Below are positions 49,204 to 60,301 of a stretch of 64,000 nucleotides of DNA, in pieces. This DNA is from Alphaproteobacteria bacterium (lineage in GTDB: Bacteria > Pseudomonadota > Alphaproteobacteria > UBA7985): positions 448,323 through 512,322 of the forward strand of contig OZ245893.1 of assembly GCA_965229645.1 (NCBI GenBank). Reading direction: 5' to 3'. The position numbers and the translations under genes were made by a program. Numbering within the stretch: position 1 is the first letter of the stretch; every line of letters begins with the position of its first letter. The notes under the pieces were generated by a model. That model had not been told where the DNA came from, searched no databases, and saw only the letters and a list, made by a program, of their open reading frames with translations.

Positions 49204-51693
49204 CTAAGCGCGCATCTTGCCGCCGTTCGGGTCGTAGGCGGCGGCCCCCAGAACTTTGGCGGGATAGCGGGTGCCGAGGATTTCGACCTCTAGGGCCGTG
49301 TCTGCCACCGCCAGGGCCGTGGGGACGTAGCCTAGGGCCATGGATTGGCCCGTATGGTGGGCAAAGCCGCCCGAGGAGACGTAGCCGACCGCCTCGTCGC
49401 CGTGCAAGATGGCTTCGTCGTTGGATACGTCGGTGTCGGGGGAATCGATGGTTAGGGTGACCAAGCGCCGCGCCGGGCCGCGCTCGCGTTCGGCCAGGGC
49501 GGCGGCTTTGCCGACAAAATCCTTATCCCACTTGATGAACAGGTCGAGGCCCGATTCCGCGGCGGTGAAGTCTGGTCGGAAGTCGAGGCCCCAGGCGCCC
49601 CAGCCCTTTTCCAAGCGTAGGGACATGAGCGCCCGCGCGCCGTACCACTTCAGGCCGTCCGCGCCGAAAAGGTCCTCGGCGGCGCGTTCCAAGGCCTCGG
49701 CCAAGCGAATTTGGAAGTGCGGCGCGCAGTAAATTTCGTAGCCCAGTTCGCCCGAAAACGACACGCGGTTCAGGATGCAGGGGACCCCGCCGACGAAGGT
49801 TTGGCGGGTATCGCGGAACTTCAACCCCTCCGCCGAGCAATCGTCACGGCATACCTGTTGCAACACGGCGCGCGACTGCGGCCCCGAAAGTGCGATGCCG
49901 TGATAAGCGTCGGAGGCGTTTTGATACGCGACTCCCGTTTCGGGCAAATACTTCAAGAACCAGCGCCGATGCGCCTCCTGCATCACCCCCGATCCAAACA
50001 GCATGAAGTGATCGTCGGCCAAGCACGCGACGGTCAAATCGCCGTAGAGTTTGCCCTTTTCGGTCAGCATGGGCGTCAACGCCAGGCGACCTGGGCGGGG
50101 AATGCGGCCTGCCAGCATGTGGTTCAAGAACGCGCGCGCGCCAGGGCCCTTGAGCTCATGCTTGGCAAAGTTGGCGACCTCAATGGCGCCGACCCCGGTG
50201 CGCACCGCCGCGCACTCGGCGGCGACGTAGGCATGGGCGCGGGAGCGATGGAACGTCGGCTCCTCGTGGGCATCCTCGGGACCATGGGAGAACCATTGAG
50301 CATTTTCGAGGCCAAAGCTCGCGTCCATGACCGCGCCCTTGGCCAGCAAGCGATCGTAGAGCGCCGTGGTTTTCTGCTTGCGACCCTTGGGCAAGGTTTC
50401 GTTGGGGAAGGTCATGACGAAGCGCCGTTCGTAGTTCTCGGTCGATTTGATCGTGCCCCAATCGGGGGACGTCCAGTCGCCGAAGCGGGCCGCGTCCATG
50501 GCCCAAACGTCGATGGAGGGTTCGCCGTCGATCATCCATTCGGCCAAGGTCAGGCCGACGCCGCCGCCTTGGCAGAACCCCGCCATGACGCCGACGGCGA
50601 CCCAGGTGTTGCGCATCCCTGGCACGGGGCCGATCATGGGGTTGCCGTCGGGGCCAAAGGTAAAGGGGCCGTTGATGGTGGTGCGGATGCCCGCCTCGCC
50701 CAGGGCAGGGACGCGCTCAAAGGCCAGTTCCAGCCGGTCGGCGATGGCCTCCAGATTCGGTTCCAGCAGTTCGTGGCCAAAGTCCATCGGCGTCCCGTCC
50801 ACCTTCCACGGGGTCGCTGCGGGTTCGTAGGTGCCGAGCAGCATGCCGTCGCGTTCCTGGCGGAAGTAGATATTGGCTTCGTAGTCGATGCCGCAGGGCA
50901 GGCGATGGTCCGCTTGCGCGATGGCGTCGATTTTCTCGGTCAGCAGATAGTGGTGTTCCATGGGTTGCACGGGGATATGGAGGCCCTGCATGCGCCCGAC
51001 TTCGCGCGCCCAGAGGCCGCCGCAATTGACGATATGTTCGCCATGGACGCTGCCCTTGGGCGTTGTCACGTCCCAGGTGCCGTCGGCGCGTTGCTTTAGG
51101 CCCGTGACCGGGGTGTGGGTGAAGTACTGCGCGCCGTGGACGCGCGCGGACTTGGCGAAGGCATAGGTGGCACCCGAAGGGTCGAGGTCGCCGTCCTGAT
51201 CGTCCCACAGCGCCGCCAGATAGTGTTCGGGGTTGATCAGCGGATGGCGGTCGGCGACTTCCTTGGGCGAAATGAACTCCTGCGAAAGGCCCATATAGCG
51301 CGCTTTGGACCGTTCCCGCTTTAGGTAGTCGTACCAGGCTTGGGTCGAGGCGAGGTAGAAACCGCCCGTCATGTGCAGGCCGACCGAGTGGCCCGAGGTT
51401 TCCTCGATCTCCTTGTAGAGATCGATGGTATAGCCCTGCAGGCGTGAGATATTGGGGTCGGACGACAAGGTATGGATTTGGCCCGCCGCGTGCCACGATG
51501 AGCCCGAGGTCAATTCATCGCGTTCCAGCAAGATCACATCCTTCCAGCCAAACTTGGCGAGGTGGAACAGGATGGAGCAGCCGACGACGCCGCCGCCGAT
51601 GACGACAACCTTGGCGTGGCTCGGCGGGGTTTTGCCTTTGCTGGTCTCGTCAGTTTGCTTGTTGAGGGTCGATTGGGCAAGGGATGCGGTCAT
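49204..51693 (-). CDS. Dimethylglycine/sarcosine dehydrogenase family protein (FAD oxidoreductase plus folate-binding aminomethyltransferase domains)
   Basis: 829 aa, with N-terminal VVVIGGGVVGCS and a C-terminal GcvT-like domain. Confidence 0.85.
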   Translation of the reverse strand: MTASLAQSTLNKQTDETSKGKTPPSHAKVVVIGGGVVGCSILFHLAKFGWKDVILLERDELTSGSSWHAAGQIHTLSSDPNISRLQGYTIDLYKEIEETSGHSVGLHMTGGFYLASTQAWYDYLKRERSKARYMGLSQEFISPKEVADRHPLINPEHYLAALWDDQDGDLDPSGATYAFAKSARVHGAQYFTHTPVTGLKQRADGTWDVTTPKGSVHGEHIVNCGGLWAREVGRMQGLHIPVQPMEHHYLLTEKIDAIAQADHRLPCGIDYEANIYFRQERDGMLLGTYEPAATPWKVDGTPMDFGHELLEPNLEAIADRLELAFERVPALGEAGIRTTINGPFTFGPDGNPMIGPVPGMRNTWVAVGVMAGFCQGGGVGLTLAEWMIDGEPSIDVWAMDAARFGDWTSPDWGTIKSTENYERRFVMTFPNETLPKGRKQKTTALYDRLLAKGAVMDASFGLENAQWFSHGPEDAHEEPTFHRSRAHAYVAAECAAVRTGVGAIEVANFAKHELKGPGARAFLNHMLAGRIPRPGRLALTPMLTEKGKLYGDLTVACLADDHFMLFGSGVMQEAHRRWFLKYLPETGVAYQNASDAYHGIALSGPQSRAVLQQVCRDDCSAEGLKFRDTRQTFVGGVPCILNRVSFSGELGYEIYCAPHFQIRLAEALERAAEDLFGADGLKWYGARALMSLRLEKGWGAWGLDFRPDFTAAESGLDLFIKWDKDFVGKAAALAERERGPARRLVTLTIDSPDTDVSNDEAILHGDEAVGYVSSGGFAHHTGQSMALGYVPTALAVADTALEVEILGTRYPAKVLGAAAYDPNGGKMRA

Positions 51694-52517
51694 GGGTTTG
51701 GGTCCTCCATCATTTGGTCTATGTGATCGCCGTTGGCGTTGTCGAGCATGTCGGCGAAGTTCCCGTCCCCCAGCATGCGTTGACCCACGCAGAGCAGGGT
51801 CGCTTGTAGGCGGCGCAACAGGCCCGTTCCCAGGGAAATGCGGGCAACGCCCAAGGCGGCAAAGTCGGCGCGCCGCTGGGTGGCGAAGGCCCCCACCGCC
51901 AGGGCATTAAACGGGACGTCCGTGCAACGCACCAGACGCTGCAAATCCGCCAAGGTTTCGGGCATGGGCGCATAGACGCAATCAGCGCCCGCAGCGGCGA
52001 AGGCGAGCAACCGCTGCTCGGCCTCGTTCACGTCGTAGGTCCCATTCATGAGACCGTCGGCGCGGGCAACCAGGACAAAATCTTGCGGCAAGGCCCGTGC
52101 CGCAGCGCTGGCGGCGCGGATCCGCTCCACCGCCAAATCAAAGGCGTAGGGCCGGGCGTCGGGCAAATGGGTGTCTTCGATACTGCACCCCGCCAGGCCG
52201 ACCTCTGCGGCGAGAGTGATGGTGGTCGCCACCGTTTCGGGTGCGTGGCCGTAGCCGTTTTCAAAGTCGCCAGAAACGGGCACCTTGACCGCGCTGACCA
52301 GCTCTTGGGCATGGGCCAAAGCCTCGTCGCGCGTGACCTGGCCCATATCGACGCGCCCCAGGGTGAAGGCGTGGCCGCCCGATGTGGTGGCGATGGCCTG
52401 GGCGCCCAAGGCTTCCAAGACCTTGGCCGACCCGCGATCCCAGGCGTTCATTAGGAGGAACGGGTCGCCTGGCGCGTGAAGGGCGCGGAAGTCAGTTTTG
52501 GCGCTAGTACCAGGCAT
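51690..52517 (-). CDS. Isocitrate lyase/PEP mutase family protein
   Basis: LLMNAWDRGSA is the family motif. The start is set at MPGTSAK. Confidence 0.75.
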   Translation of the reverse strand: MPGTSAKTDFRALHAPGDPFLLMNAWDRGSAKVLEALGAQAIATTSGGHAFTLGRVDMGQVTRDEALAHAQELVSAVKVPVSGDFENGYGHAPETVATTITLAAEVGLAGCSIEDTHLPDARPYAFDLAVERIRAASAAARALPQDFVLVARADGLMNGTYDVNEAEQRLLAFAAAGADCVYAPMPETLADLQRLVRCTDVPFNALAVGAFATQRRADFAALGVARISLGTGLLRRLQATLLCVGQRMLGDGNFADMLDNANGDHIDQMMEDPNP

Positions 52518-54012
52518 CGGGCAACTCGGACTTGCGCCGTTCGACGAACGCCCGCAACTCTTCATCGACGGCGGCGTCGATGGCAGGCGCCTCGTAGTCG
52601 TTCAGCAGTTGGTTCCAGCGCTCGAAGGCGCGCTGATACGTATCCTTGGCGCCGCGTTCTTCCCAGCTTTCGACATTCTCGGAATCCGACAGGGCGGGTT
52701 CGTAGAAGGCGGTCGTATAGTTGGCCATGGTGTGGCCCGAGCCCAAGAAGTGGCCCGCAGGTTCGACGTCGTCGTAGGCGGTCTTGCCCAGCCCATTGTC
52801 GGAAACGTCCAACCCGCCGAGCAGTTTTTGGTAGCCGCCCAGACGGTCGGCATCGATCACGAGCTTTTCATAGCCCGTACACAGCCCCCCTTCGAGCCAT
52901 CCGGCCGAGTGCAGCACAAAATTCGCGCCCGCCAGCGCCGTTGAGTGCATGGAATCGGCGCTCTCCGCCGCGGCCTGCGCGTCGGGAATTTTTGACGCGG
53001 TGAGGGACCCGCCGCAGCGTAACGGCAAGTTCAACCGACGCGCCAACTGCCCGATCACGTAGTTCGACAGCGTCGGTTCGGGCATGCCGAAGGTCGGCGC
53101 GCCCGACTTGAGCGACATGGACGACAGGAAGTTGCCCATGATGAAGGGCGCGCCGGGGCGCACGAGCTGCGAATAGGCGCCGCACACCATGGCCTCGGCC
53201 ACCGCTTGCGCGATGGAGGCCGCTGTGGTGACGGGCCCCATGGCACCCGACAGGATAAAGGGCACGACCACAATGCCTTGCCCGTTGCCGCAGTAGGTCT
53301 GGATCGCCTGGGTCACGACGCGGTCGACCAACAAGGGCGAGTTGGTATTGACATTGCCCATGATCACGCAGTTGTTCTCAAAGGTCTCGTTGCCGTGCAA
53401 AATGCGGGCCATATCGACGCTGTCCTGGGCGCGCGACTGCTCGGTAATGGCGCCCAAACCAGGCTTGTCGCTGTAGCGCATATGCAGGTACAACATGTCC
53501 AAGTGTCGCTTGGAAACGGGAACATCGCAGGGTTCGACGATCACCAGGCCCGTATGGTGCAAGCTGTCGAGCGACTGGGCGATCTTCACCAGTTTCTCAT
53601 GGTCCTCCATGGTGCCGTAGCGCCGCCCCTTTTCCAAGTCTCGGCAAAAGGGCGGGCCGTAGATGGGGGCGAAGACCTGGTTGGTGCCACCGATGGTCAC
53701 GGTCTTGGCGGGATTGCGCGCCACTTGTTGGAATTGCGACGGCGCGGTTTTTAGGAGTTCGCGGATATGGGCCGCGTCGGCAACGACACGCGTGTCCTTG
53801 ACCTGCGCCCCCGCCGCGCGCCAGTGGTCCAATGATCGGGGATCATCGCGAAATTCTAGGCCAACATTTTCGATCAGCCAGTCGGCCTGTTGCTCAATTT
53901 TGACCAAACTCTCTTCGTCCAAGGCGTCGAAATAGGGCAAGCGCCGCTGGATGAAGGCAGGCGCGGCTTGCGCGGCGGGGCGGGCGGCGGAAGCGCGGGA
54001 GCGTCGTGCCAT
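52504..54012 (-). CDS. Trimethylamine methyltransferase (MttB) superfamily protein, non-pyrrolysine, glycine-betaine methyltransferase-like
   Basis: 502 aa with no internal stop, MttB-like throughout. Confidence 0.85.
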   Translation of the reverse strand: MARRSRASAARPAAQAAPAFIQRRLPYFDALDEESLVKIEQQADWLIENVGLEFRDDPRSLDHWRAAGAQVKDTRVVADAAHIRELLKTAPSQFQQVARNPAKTVTIGGTNQVFAPIYGPPFCRDLEKGRRYGTMEDHEKLVKIAQSLDSLHHTGLVIVEPCDVPVSKRHLDMLYLHMRYSDKPGLGAITEQSRAQDSVDMARILHGNETFENNCVIMGNVNTNSPLLVDRVVTQAIQTYCGNGQGIVVVPFILSGAMGPVTTAASIAQAVAEAMVCGAYSQLVRPGAPFIMGNFLSSMSLKSGAPTFGMPEPTLSNYVIGQLARRLNLPLRCGGSLTASKIPDAQAAAESADSMHSTALAGANFVLHSAGWLEGGLCTGYEKLVIDADRLGGYQKLLGGLDVSDNGLGKTAYDDVEPAGHFLGSGHTMANYTTAFYEPALSDSENVESWEERGAKDTYQRAFERWNQLLNDYEAPAIDAAVDEELRAFVERRKSELPDAWY

Positions 54013-54111
54013 GGCGGATCCTTGAGGGTTGTCTGGGCTCGGTCCCTTTTAGTCGCTCGACAAAGTCGGGGAAACCTTGAAAATTTCTTGGGGTTTGCAT
54101 AAGCCAAATTT

Positions 54112-54990
54112 ATGCAAAATCGCCGCAAACTGTTTAGGTGCATGAACCAGTTGCAGTCGTTTGAGGCCGCAGCCCGCCACAGTTCCTTCACCTTGGCGGC
54201 GCAAGACCTGGGCGTCACGCAACCTGCGATCAGCGCGGCGGTGCGACAACTGGAAGCCCAGCTCGGGATCTCCCTGTTTCACCGCACCCATCGGCGCATT
54301 CGCCTAACCCCCGAGGGCAAGGACCTTTACTTGGAGGCGCGGGCGGCCTTCGACGATCTGGAGCGGTGCGTGCAGCAGCTGGACCAGCACGGCCAAGGCC
54401 ACCATGTCACCCTGTCCTGTTCCACGGCCTTTGCCAATCACTGGTTTGTGCCGCGGCTAGGGGCGTTTCAGCAGGCGCACCCCCATATCGACCTGCGGGT
54501 GCAGACCACGGACCGCGATTTGGACCTGCGCGACGACAAGGCCGATCTGTGCGTGCGGCGGGGCCAAGGCCTTTGGCCTGGGTATGGCGTGGCGCGACTG
54601 GCTGAGGATCTCTTATTTCCCGTCGCCGCGCCAGGGTACGCGCGGCAGCAGGAGGCGTGGATGCACCAGCGCTTGATCCATTTGGAGGAACCCTATCGAC
54701 CGCGCCCTGGCTGGGGCGATTTCTTTCGCGCCGTTGGGCTGCCCGTGCCCACGGCCTTGGGCTTGCGCCTCAACGACTATGCGCTCGTGATCCAAACCGC
54801 CATGGCAGGGCAGGGGATCGCGCTGGGGTGGTCGCACATCGTCGCCGCCCCCATGGCCCAAGGTTTATTGGTGCAGGTGGGCGATAAGAAGTGGCGCACG
54901 GGCCTCAGCCACGACCTGATCTGGCCGCTCAGCGCGCCAGACCGCCCGCACGTTCATGAGGTGCGGGAATGGATGTTGCAGCAAGGCTGA
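54112..54990 (+). CDS. LysR-family transcriptional regulator
   Basis: N-terminal HTH LQSFEAAARHSSFTLAAQDLGVTQPAISAAVRQLE. Confidence 0.85.
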   Translation: MQNRRKLFRCMNQLQSFEAAARHSSFTLAAQDLGVTQPAISAAVRQLEAQLGISLFHRTHRRIRLTPEGKDLYLEARAAFDDLERCVQQLDQHGQGHHVTLSCSTAFANHWFVPRLGAFQQAHPHIDLRVQTTDRDLDLRDDKADLCVRRGQGLWPGYGVARLAEDLLFPVAAPGYARQQEAWMHQRLIHLEEPYRPRPGWGDFFRAVGLPVPTALGLRLNDYALVIQTAMAGQGIALGWSHIVAAPMAQGLLVQVGDKKWRTGLSHDLIWPLSAPDRPHVHEVREWMLQQG

Positions 54991-55080
54991 GGTGACGGTG
55001 TTCCAGGGTCTCGACATCCCCTAGCGATGCCATGCAGCCTTTCGTCACGGCGTTCCGCTTCAAGCGGCGCGCAAGGTCCC

Positions 55081-55491
55081 TTAGCCGCCGCTCGCAGCCG
55101 TGCCCGCGCTGACCAAATCGCCGTCGCCGACGACGAAGAGGCGGTAGTAACTGCCGAAGGGTCCCCATTGATAAACCTCGCCGGTTCGTCGATCGCGTCG
55201 GAAGTCCCAGCAGAACCAGCTTCCCGCATCTTCACCTTCATAGGTATAGCAAACATGACCGTTTTTTATGTGGTAGAGGCCCCTGTTTAGGAGGTCTCCT
55301 TCGTGCCAAATCGCCGCTCCTTCGGCGCTATGGTATTCGTAACTTTCGGCAATTTCCCAGTCGTGGGCACCGATGGTTTTTCCTGCTAAAAAGGCCGCAA
55401 TTTCCTTGTCCGTCATGGGGTCCTGGTTCAACTGCGCCGTCGCTGCACCGCCCCATAGGATCAGGACAAGACCGAGACGCAAGACAGGCAT
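55081..55491 (-). CDS. Secreted hypothetical protein
   Basis: Signal peptide MPVLRLGLVLILWGGAATAQ, about 136 aa. Confidence 0.5.
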   Translation of the reverse strand: MPVLRLGLVLILWGGAATAQLNQDPMTDKEIAAFLAGKTIGAHDWEIAESYEYHSAEGAAIWHEGDLLNRGLYHIKNGHVCYTYEGEDAGSWFCWDFRRDRRTGEVYQWGPFGSYYRLFVVGDGDLVSAGTAASGG

Positions 55492-55574
55492 GCCCGTCCC
55501 TTGCCGCAATTTTTGGGAACGATCAAGATTTGCACCATCTCGACAGGCAGGCTTTAGAAAGATAAGCGCCCCTC

Positions 55575-56789
55575 ATGAGTTCTGCCTTGCCCCCGCACAG
55601 CAAACCCGACTTGGCTGACTTCGATTGGGCCGATCCGCTGAAGTTGACGGCGAGTTTGAGCGCGGAGGAACAGGCCCTCCAAGAGGCGACGGCGGCCTTT
55701 GCGGCGGAAAAGTTGGCGCCGCGCGTGACCGCGGCCTTCGCGAACGAAACGGTGGACCCTGACATTTTTGCGGAGATGGGGGCCATGGGACTGCTCGGCA
55801 CCACCATCCCCGAAGCCTACGGCGGGCTCGGCGGGTCCTACGTCTCCTACGGGTTGGTCGCACGGGAGATTGAGCGCGTCGATAGCGGCTATCGTTCGAT
55901 GATGTCGGTGCAATCCTCACTCGTCATGTACCCAATCTTTGCCTATGGGTCGCAGGCGCAACGGCAGAAGTACCTGCCCAAGCTCGCGCGTGGGGAATGG
56001 ATCGGATGCTTTGGTTTGACCGAACCTGGGGCTGGGTCGGACCCTGCGGGGATGGCCACCCGCGCGGAGAAAACAGATTCGGGCTATCGCTTGCACGGGT
56101 CAAAGATGTGGATTTCCAATTCCCCTATCGCCGATGTGTTCGTGGTTTGGGCCAAATCCGACGCCCATGGCGGCAGCATCAAGGGCTTCGTCCTCGACAA
56201 GGGGTTGGCGGGGCTCAGCGCGCCGAAGATCGCGGGCAAGCTATCCTTGCGCGCCTCGGTAACGGGCGAGATCGTGCTCGACGGCGTTGAGGTGGGGGAG
56301 GACGCCTTGCTCGCCAACGTAGCTGGCCTCAAAGGACCGTTTGGGTGCTTGAACCGCGCGCGCTACGGCATCGCTTGGGGCGTCATGGGCGCGGCCGAGG
56401 CGTGCTGGCATACGGCGCGGCAATACACCCTGGACCGTCATCAATTCGGGAAACCTTTAGCGCAGACCCAGCTCGTGCAGCGCAAGTTGGCCGACATGCA
56501 AACCCAGATCGCCTACGGCCTGCAAGCAGCCTTACGCGTTGGGCGCTTGATGGACGAGGCGCAGGCGGCTCCGGAGATGATTTCCCTGATCAAGCGCCAG
56601 AACTGCGGCCAGGCCTTGGCCGTGGCGCGGGAAGCACGCGACATGCTCGGCGGCAATGGCATCAGCCAGGACTTCCCGATTTTCCGCCACATGGTCAACC
56701 TCGAGACGGTCAATACTTACGAGGGCACGCACGATGTCCATGCCCTGATCCTAGGGCGGGCGCAGACGGGTTTGCAGGCCTTCTTCTAA
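55575..56789 (+). CDS. Glutaryl-CoA dehydrogenase-like acyl-CoA dehydrogenase
   Basis: 404 aa with an acyl-CoA dehydrogenase fold and a GcdH-like N-terminus. Confidence 0.85.
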   Translation: MSSALPPHSKPDLADFDWADPLKLTASLSAEEQALQEATAAFAAEKLAPRVTAAFANETVDPDIFAEMGAMGLLGTTIPEAYGGLGGSYVSYGLVAREIERVDSGYRSMMSVQSSLVMYPIFAYGSQAQRQKYLPKLARGEWIGCFGLTEPGAGSDPAGMATRAEKTDSGYRLHGSKMWISNSPIADVFVVWAKSDAHGGSIKGFVLDKGLAGLSAPKIAGKLSLRASVTGEIVLDGVEVGEDALLANVAGLKGPFGCLNRARYGIAWGVMGAAEACWHTARQYTLDRHQFGKPLAQTQLVQRKLADMQTQIAYGLQAALRVGRLMDEAQAAPEMISLIKRQNCGQALAVAREARDMLGGNGISQDFPIFRHMVNLETVNTYEGTHDVHALILGRAQTGLQAFF

Positions 56790-56799
56790 GTTCTGACGG

Positions 56800-58032
56800 A
56801 TGTTTCATCTGGACCGCGTTGTTGCCGAGGGGCTTTGTACGGGCTGCGGCCTGTGCGCGGGCATCAGCGATCAGATCGACATGCACGTGGCCAACAGCGG
56901 CTATGAGCGCCCAGTTGCCAGCGATCAGCCGCTTCCGACCGCGCTGCAAACCGTGCTGGCCGATGCGTGCCCTGGGGTTCATGTGCGCGGGCTGGATACC
57001 GACACCATTGCCGCTGCACCCCACCACGATGCGGTCTGGGGACCCTACGAGCGTCTGGTCAAGGCCCATGCTAGCGATCCCGAGGTGCGCCATCGCGCCT
57101 CGACGGGCGGGGTTCTGACCGCCTTGGCGCAGTACCTGCTCGCGAGTGGGCGGGCGGCGTTCATTTTGCACGTTCGCGCTGGGGGGCGCGATCCTAGTTT
57201 TGGTCAAATGCACCTATCAACCGACCCCAAGCAGGTCCTCGACGGCGCAGGGTCGCGCTATGGCCCCGCGGCCCCCTTGGAGCGCATCGATCAAGTCCTC
57301 GACCGTGGTCAACCCTTCGCGTTCGTCGGCAAGCCCTGCGATATTTCGGCTCTGCGCGCCCTGGGCGACCACGACGCCCGCGTCGGGGAGTTGGTTGTGG
57401 CCTATCTGACCATGGTCTGCGGCGGGTACGGCCCGCCCCAATCGACCCATGCCTTCTTCGAACGCCTCGGAACCCATCGCGATCAGGTCGCCCAGGTACG
57501 CTACCGTGGCTACGGCTGCCCTGGGGCAACGCGGGTGCAAACCCACGAAGGCGAGGTTTTTGAGGCCAGCTATGAGGATTTTTGGGGAACCGATTCCAGC
57601 ATGTGGCAACTGCCCTGGCGCTGCAAAATTTGCCCCGACGGCATCGGCGACGGGGCAGACGTGGCCGCGGCGGACGACTGGCCTGGTGCAACGCCAGATA
57701 GGGAGGCGGCGCAGTCCGACCCTGGAACCAACGCCGTCATCGTCCGCACCCAGGTGGGCGCGGCGCTGATGCAGGCGGCGGAGGCGGCGGGATTTCTGAC
57801 GCTCGGTGCCGAGGTGACGCCTGCCTACATGACCTCGATCCAGCCGCATCAGATGCGCAAGAAATTCTCGGCCCTATCCCGTTGGCGGGGCTTGACCGAG
57901 GTTGGACGTCTGCAACCGCGGTCAACCAATTTGCGACTGGAAGACCTGACGGCACAGCTAAGCCGCGAACAAGCCGCCGAACAGATCGACGGCGTGAAGG
58001 TCCGCGTCGCGGCGGGTAGAGCGGTGGATTAG
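56800..58032 (+). CDS. FrhB-family (coenzyme F420 hydrogenase/dehydrogenase beta subunit-like) Fe-S flavoprotein
   Basis: N-terminal cysteine cluster [11 protein letters not shown], and FrhB-like length and motifs. Confidence 0.6.
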   Translation: MFHLDRVVAEGLCTGCGLCAGISDQIDMHVANSGYERPVASDQPLPTALQTVLADACPGVHVRGLDTDTIAAAPHHDAVWGPYERLVKAHASDPEVRHRASTGGVLTALAQYLLASGRAAFILHVRAGGRDPSFGQMHLSTDPKQVLDGAGSRYGPAAPLERIDQVLDRGQPFAFVGKPCDISALRALGDHDARVGELVVAYLTMVCGGYGPPQSTHAFFERLGTHRDQVAQVRYRGYGCPGATRVQTHEGEVFEASYEDFWGTDSSMWQLPWRCKICPDGIGDGADVAAADDWPGATPDREAAQSDPGTNAVIVRTQVGAALMQAAEAAGFLTLGAEVTPAYMTSIQPHQMRKKFSALSRWRGLTEVGRLQPRSTNLRLEDLTAQLSREQAAEQIDGVKVRVAAGRAVD

Positions 58033-58296
58033 GGCCCAAGTCATGACTGGTGCCCAATCATGAACGCTATGTTGTCTTAGGAATCTCAGCATAAATCGCG
58101 CCCATACAACAGGGAAGTGAGGGGGTGGCAGATCAGGGACGAAAAGGATGTGCCCTTTATGGCTGGTATACGGGAGGTGTAGACGGCGTGTTGTGCAAGC
58201 GCCCTGGCTAGAACGCGCAGGGGCGGGATTTACCTTTGTCGGCAAGGGCGCTACTTAAGCGGGACCAGGTTCTATGAACGAAAGGGAGCCCTCCCC

Positions 58297-60114
58297 ATGC
58301 CCCACCATCCCAACCCTCTTCCTTACACTGCGCCGCTTCGCGATATGAAGTTTGCCTTGCGCGAGCTTTGGGACGGCGATTCGCTGCATTTGTTGCCAGG
58401 CCTGGAGGAGGCGACGCCCGACGTGATCGACGCGGTGTTGGAGGAAGGCGCGAAGTTTTGCGTTCAGGAGCTGCTGCCGATCAATCGCGATGGCGACGAA
58501 CTCGGCTGCACTTGGGACAACGGCGTGGTACGCACGCCGCCAGGGTTTAAAGCCGCCTACGACAAATTTTGCGACGGCGGCTGGCAGGGCCTGTCGGTAC
58601 CGCAGGCCCAGGGTGGGCAAGGCTTGCCCCATACGCTCGACCTGTTGTTCAACGAAATGGTGGTGTCCACCAATATGGCCTTTGGCATGTACCCTGGCCT
58701 GACCGCGGGCGCCATCAACGCGCTCATGGCCCATGCGCGCGAGGACTTGCGGCAGACCTACCTGCCAAAGATGGTGCAAGGGACTTGGTCGGGGACCATG
58801 TGCTTGACCGAACCGCACTGCGGCACGGACCTGGGCCTGATCCGCACCAAGGCCGAACCGCAGCCCGACGGCACCTACGCGGTGACGGGGCAGAAAATCT
58901 TCATTTCCGCAGGAGAGCATGACCTGAGCGAGAATATCGTCCACCTCGTGCTCGCCAAGCTGCCCGACGCGCCCCCAGGGGTCAAAGGCATTTCCCTGTT
59001 CCTGGTTCCGAAGTTCCTGCCCGATTCCGACGGCAGCCCTGGTGCTCGTAACGCCGTCCAGTGTCCCCGAATTGAGGAAAAGATGGGGATTCACGGCAAT
59101 GCTACGGCTGTTTTGGACTTCGATAAGGCCGTAGGCTTCCAGGTCGGGCAACCGCATAAGGGCCTTGAGGCCATGTTCGTCATGATGAACAGCGCGCGCT
59201 TGGGCGTTGGCATTCAAGGGCTCGGTATCGGGGAAGCAGCCTATCAGGCCGCCGTGGCTTACGCCAAAGACCGGCTGCAGATGCGCGCCCTCGGCGGCGC
59301 TAAGGCCCCCGAGAAGGCCGCCGACCCGATCCTGGTGCATCCCGATGTTCGGCGCATGCTCATGAAAATGAAAGCCCATGTGGAGGGCAATCGTGCGCTC
59401 TCGACCTGGGTCTGCCTGGCCCTAGACAAGTCGTTTCATGCCCCAACCGCTGAAGAACGACGCGCTAATGACGATCTGGTCCAACTCATGACCCCGATTG
59501 TGAAGGCCTACTTTACCGATACCGCGCTGGCCTCGGCTTCAGATTCCGTCCAGGTCTTGGGCGGCCATGGCTACATACGCGAATGGGGGCGGGAGCAGTT
59601 GTTGCGCGATGCCAAAATCGCCCAGATTTACGAGGGCACCAACGGCATTCAGGCGCTCGATCTGGTCGGCAGGAAGCTCAGCGCGCACTTTGGCCGCTAC
59701 CTTAGGGCCTTCTTTCATCCCGTCGCCGAGTTTATCGAGGCAGAGCAGCAGACTCCTGAACTTAAGGCCTACGTTCCCGAACTCGCCAAGGCCTTTGCCA
59801 TGCTCCAAGAAACAACGCAGTTTATCCTTATGAACGGCGCGCGCGACCCCGAAGAGGCAGGCGCGGCCGCGAGCGACTACTTGCGCTTGTTCGCGCTCAC
59901 CGCGCTCGCGTACCTTTGGGCCAAGACCGTCAAAGTCGCCGCCGCCGAGCCAGACGGCCCCGATGCGGCCTTTTACAAGGGCAAAATCATGACGGCGCAG
60001 TTCTTTTATCGGCGCATCCTCCCCGAAGTTTCAGCTTTGAGGAAGATGGTGCTGGCGGGCAAAGAAACGCTCATGCAGATGCCCGAGGATTGGTTTGACC
60101 TTGAAGCGGCTTAA
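58297..60114 (+). CDS. Long-chain acyl-CoA dehydrogenase (FadE-like, with a C-terminal extension)
   Basis: 605 aa, with acyl-CoA dehydrogenase motifs and a long C-terminal domain. Confidence 0.85.
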   Translation: MPHHPNPLPYTAPLRDMKFALRELWDGDSLHLLPGLEEATPDVIDAVLEEGAKFCVQELLPINRDGDELGCTWDNGVVRTPPGFKAAYDKFCDGGWQGLSVPQAQGGQGLPHTLDLLFNEMVVSTNMAFGMYPGLTAGAINALMAHAREDLRQTYLPKMVQGTWSGTMCLTEPHCGTDLGLIRTKAEPQPDGTYAVTGQKIFISAGEHDLSENIVHLVLAKLPDAPPGVKGISLFLVPKFLPDSDGSPGARNAVQCPRIEEKMGIHGNATAVLDFDKAVGFQVGQPHKGLEAMFVMMNSARLGVGIQGLGIGEAAYQAAVAYAKDRLQMRALGGAKAPEKAADPILVHPDVRRMLMKMKAHVEGNRALSTWVCLALDKSFHAPTAEERRANDDLVQLMTPIVKAYFTDTALASASDSVQVLGGHGYIREWGREQLLRDAKIAQIYEGTNGIQALDLVGRKLSAHFGRYLRAFFHPVAEFIEAEQQTPELKAYVPELAKAFAMLQETTQFILMNGARDPEEAGAAASDYLRLFALTALAYLWAKTVKVAAAEPDGPDAAFYKGKIMTAQFFYRRILPEVSALRKMVLAGKETLMQMPEDWFDLEAA

Positions 60115-60217
60115 AGCGGAGTCCATGTCGATTGCAACAATCGACGCTGGGAACATCTGCGCCAGCAGGTCAGTCATCGTTTCCGCTGGTATATGGATGG
60201 AGTTCTGCGCAGGGACG

Positions 60218-60301
60218 TGGTGGAGGGGACTGGATTCGAACCAGTGTACCCGAAGGACCGGATTTACAGTCCGGCGCATTTAACCGCTCTGCCACCCCTC
60301 C
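60218..60301 (-). tRNA. tRNA-Tyr (GTA)
   Basis: The reverse complement GGAGGGGTGGCAGAGCGGTTAAATGCGCCGGACTGTAAATCCGG…GTTCGAATCC…CCACCA folds as a cloverleaf with a long variable arm and a GTA anticodon. Confidence 0.85.

Noticed and set aside
58075-58095. Partial match (CTCAGCATAAATC) to the terminal repeat of the 131-bp element
   Set aside because: Only 13 bp match, with no inverted partner and no flanking similarity. It is most likely chance or a very old relic.
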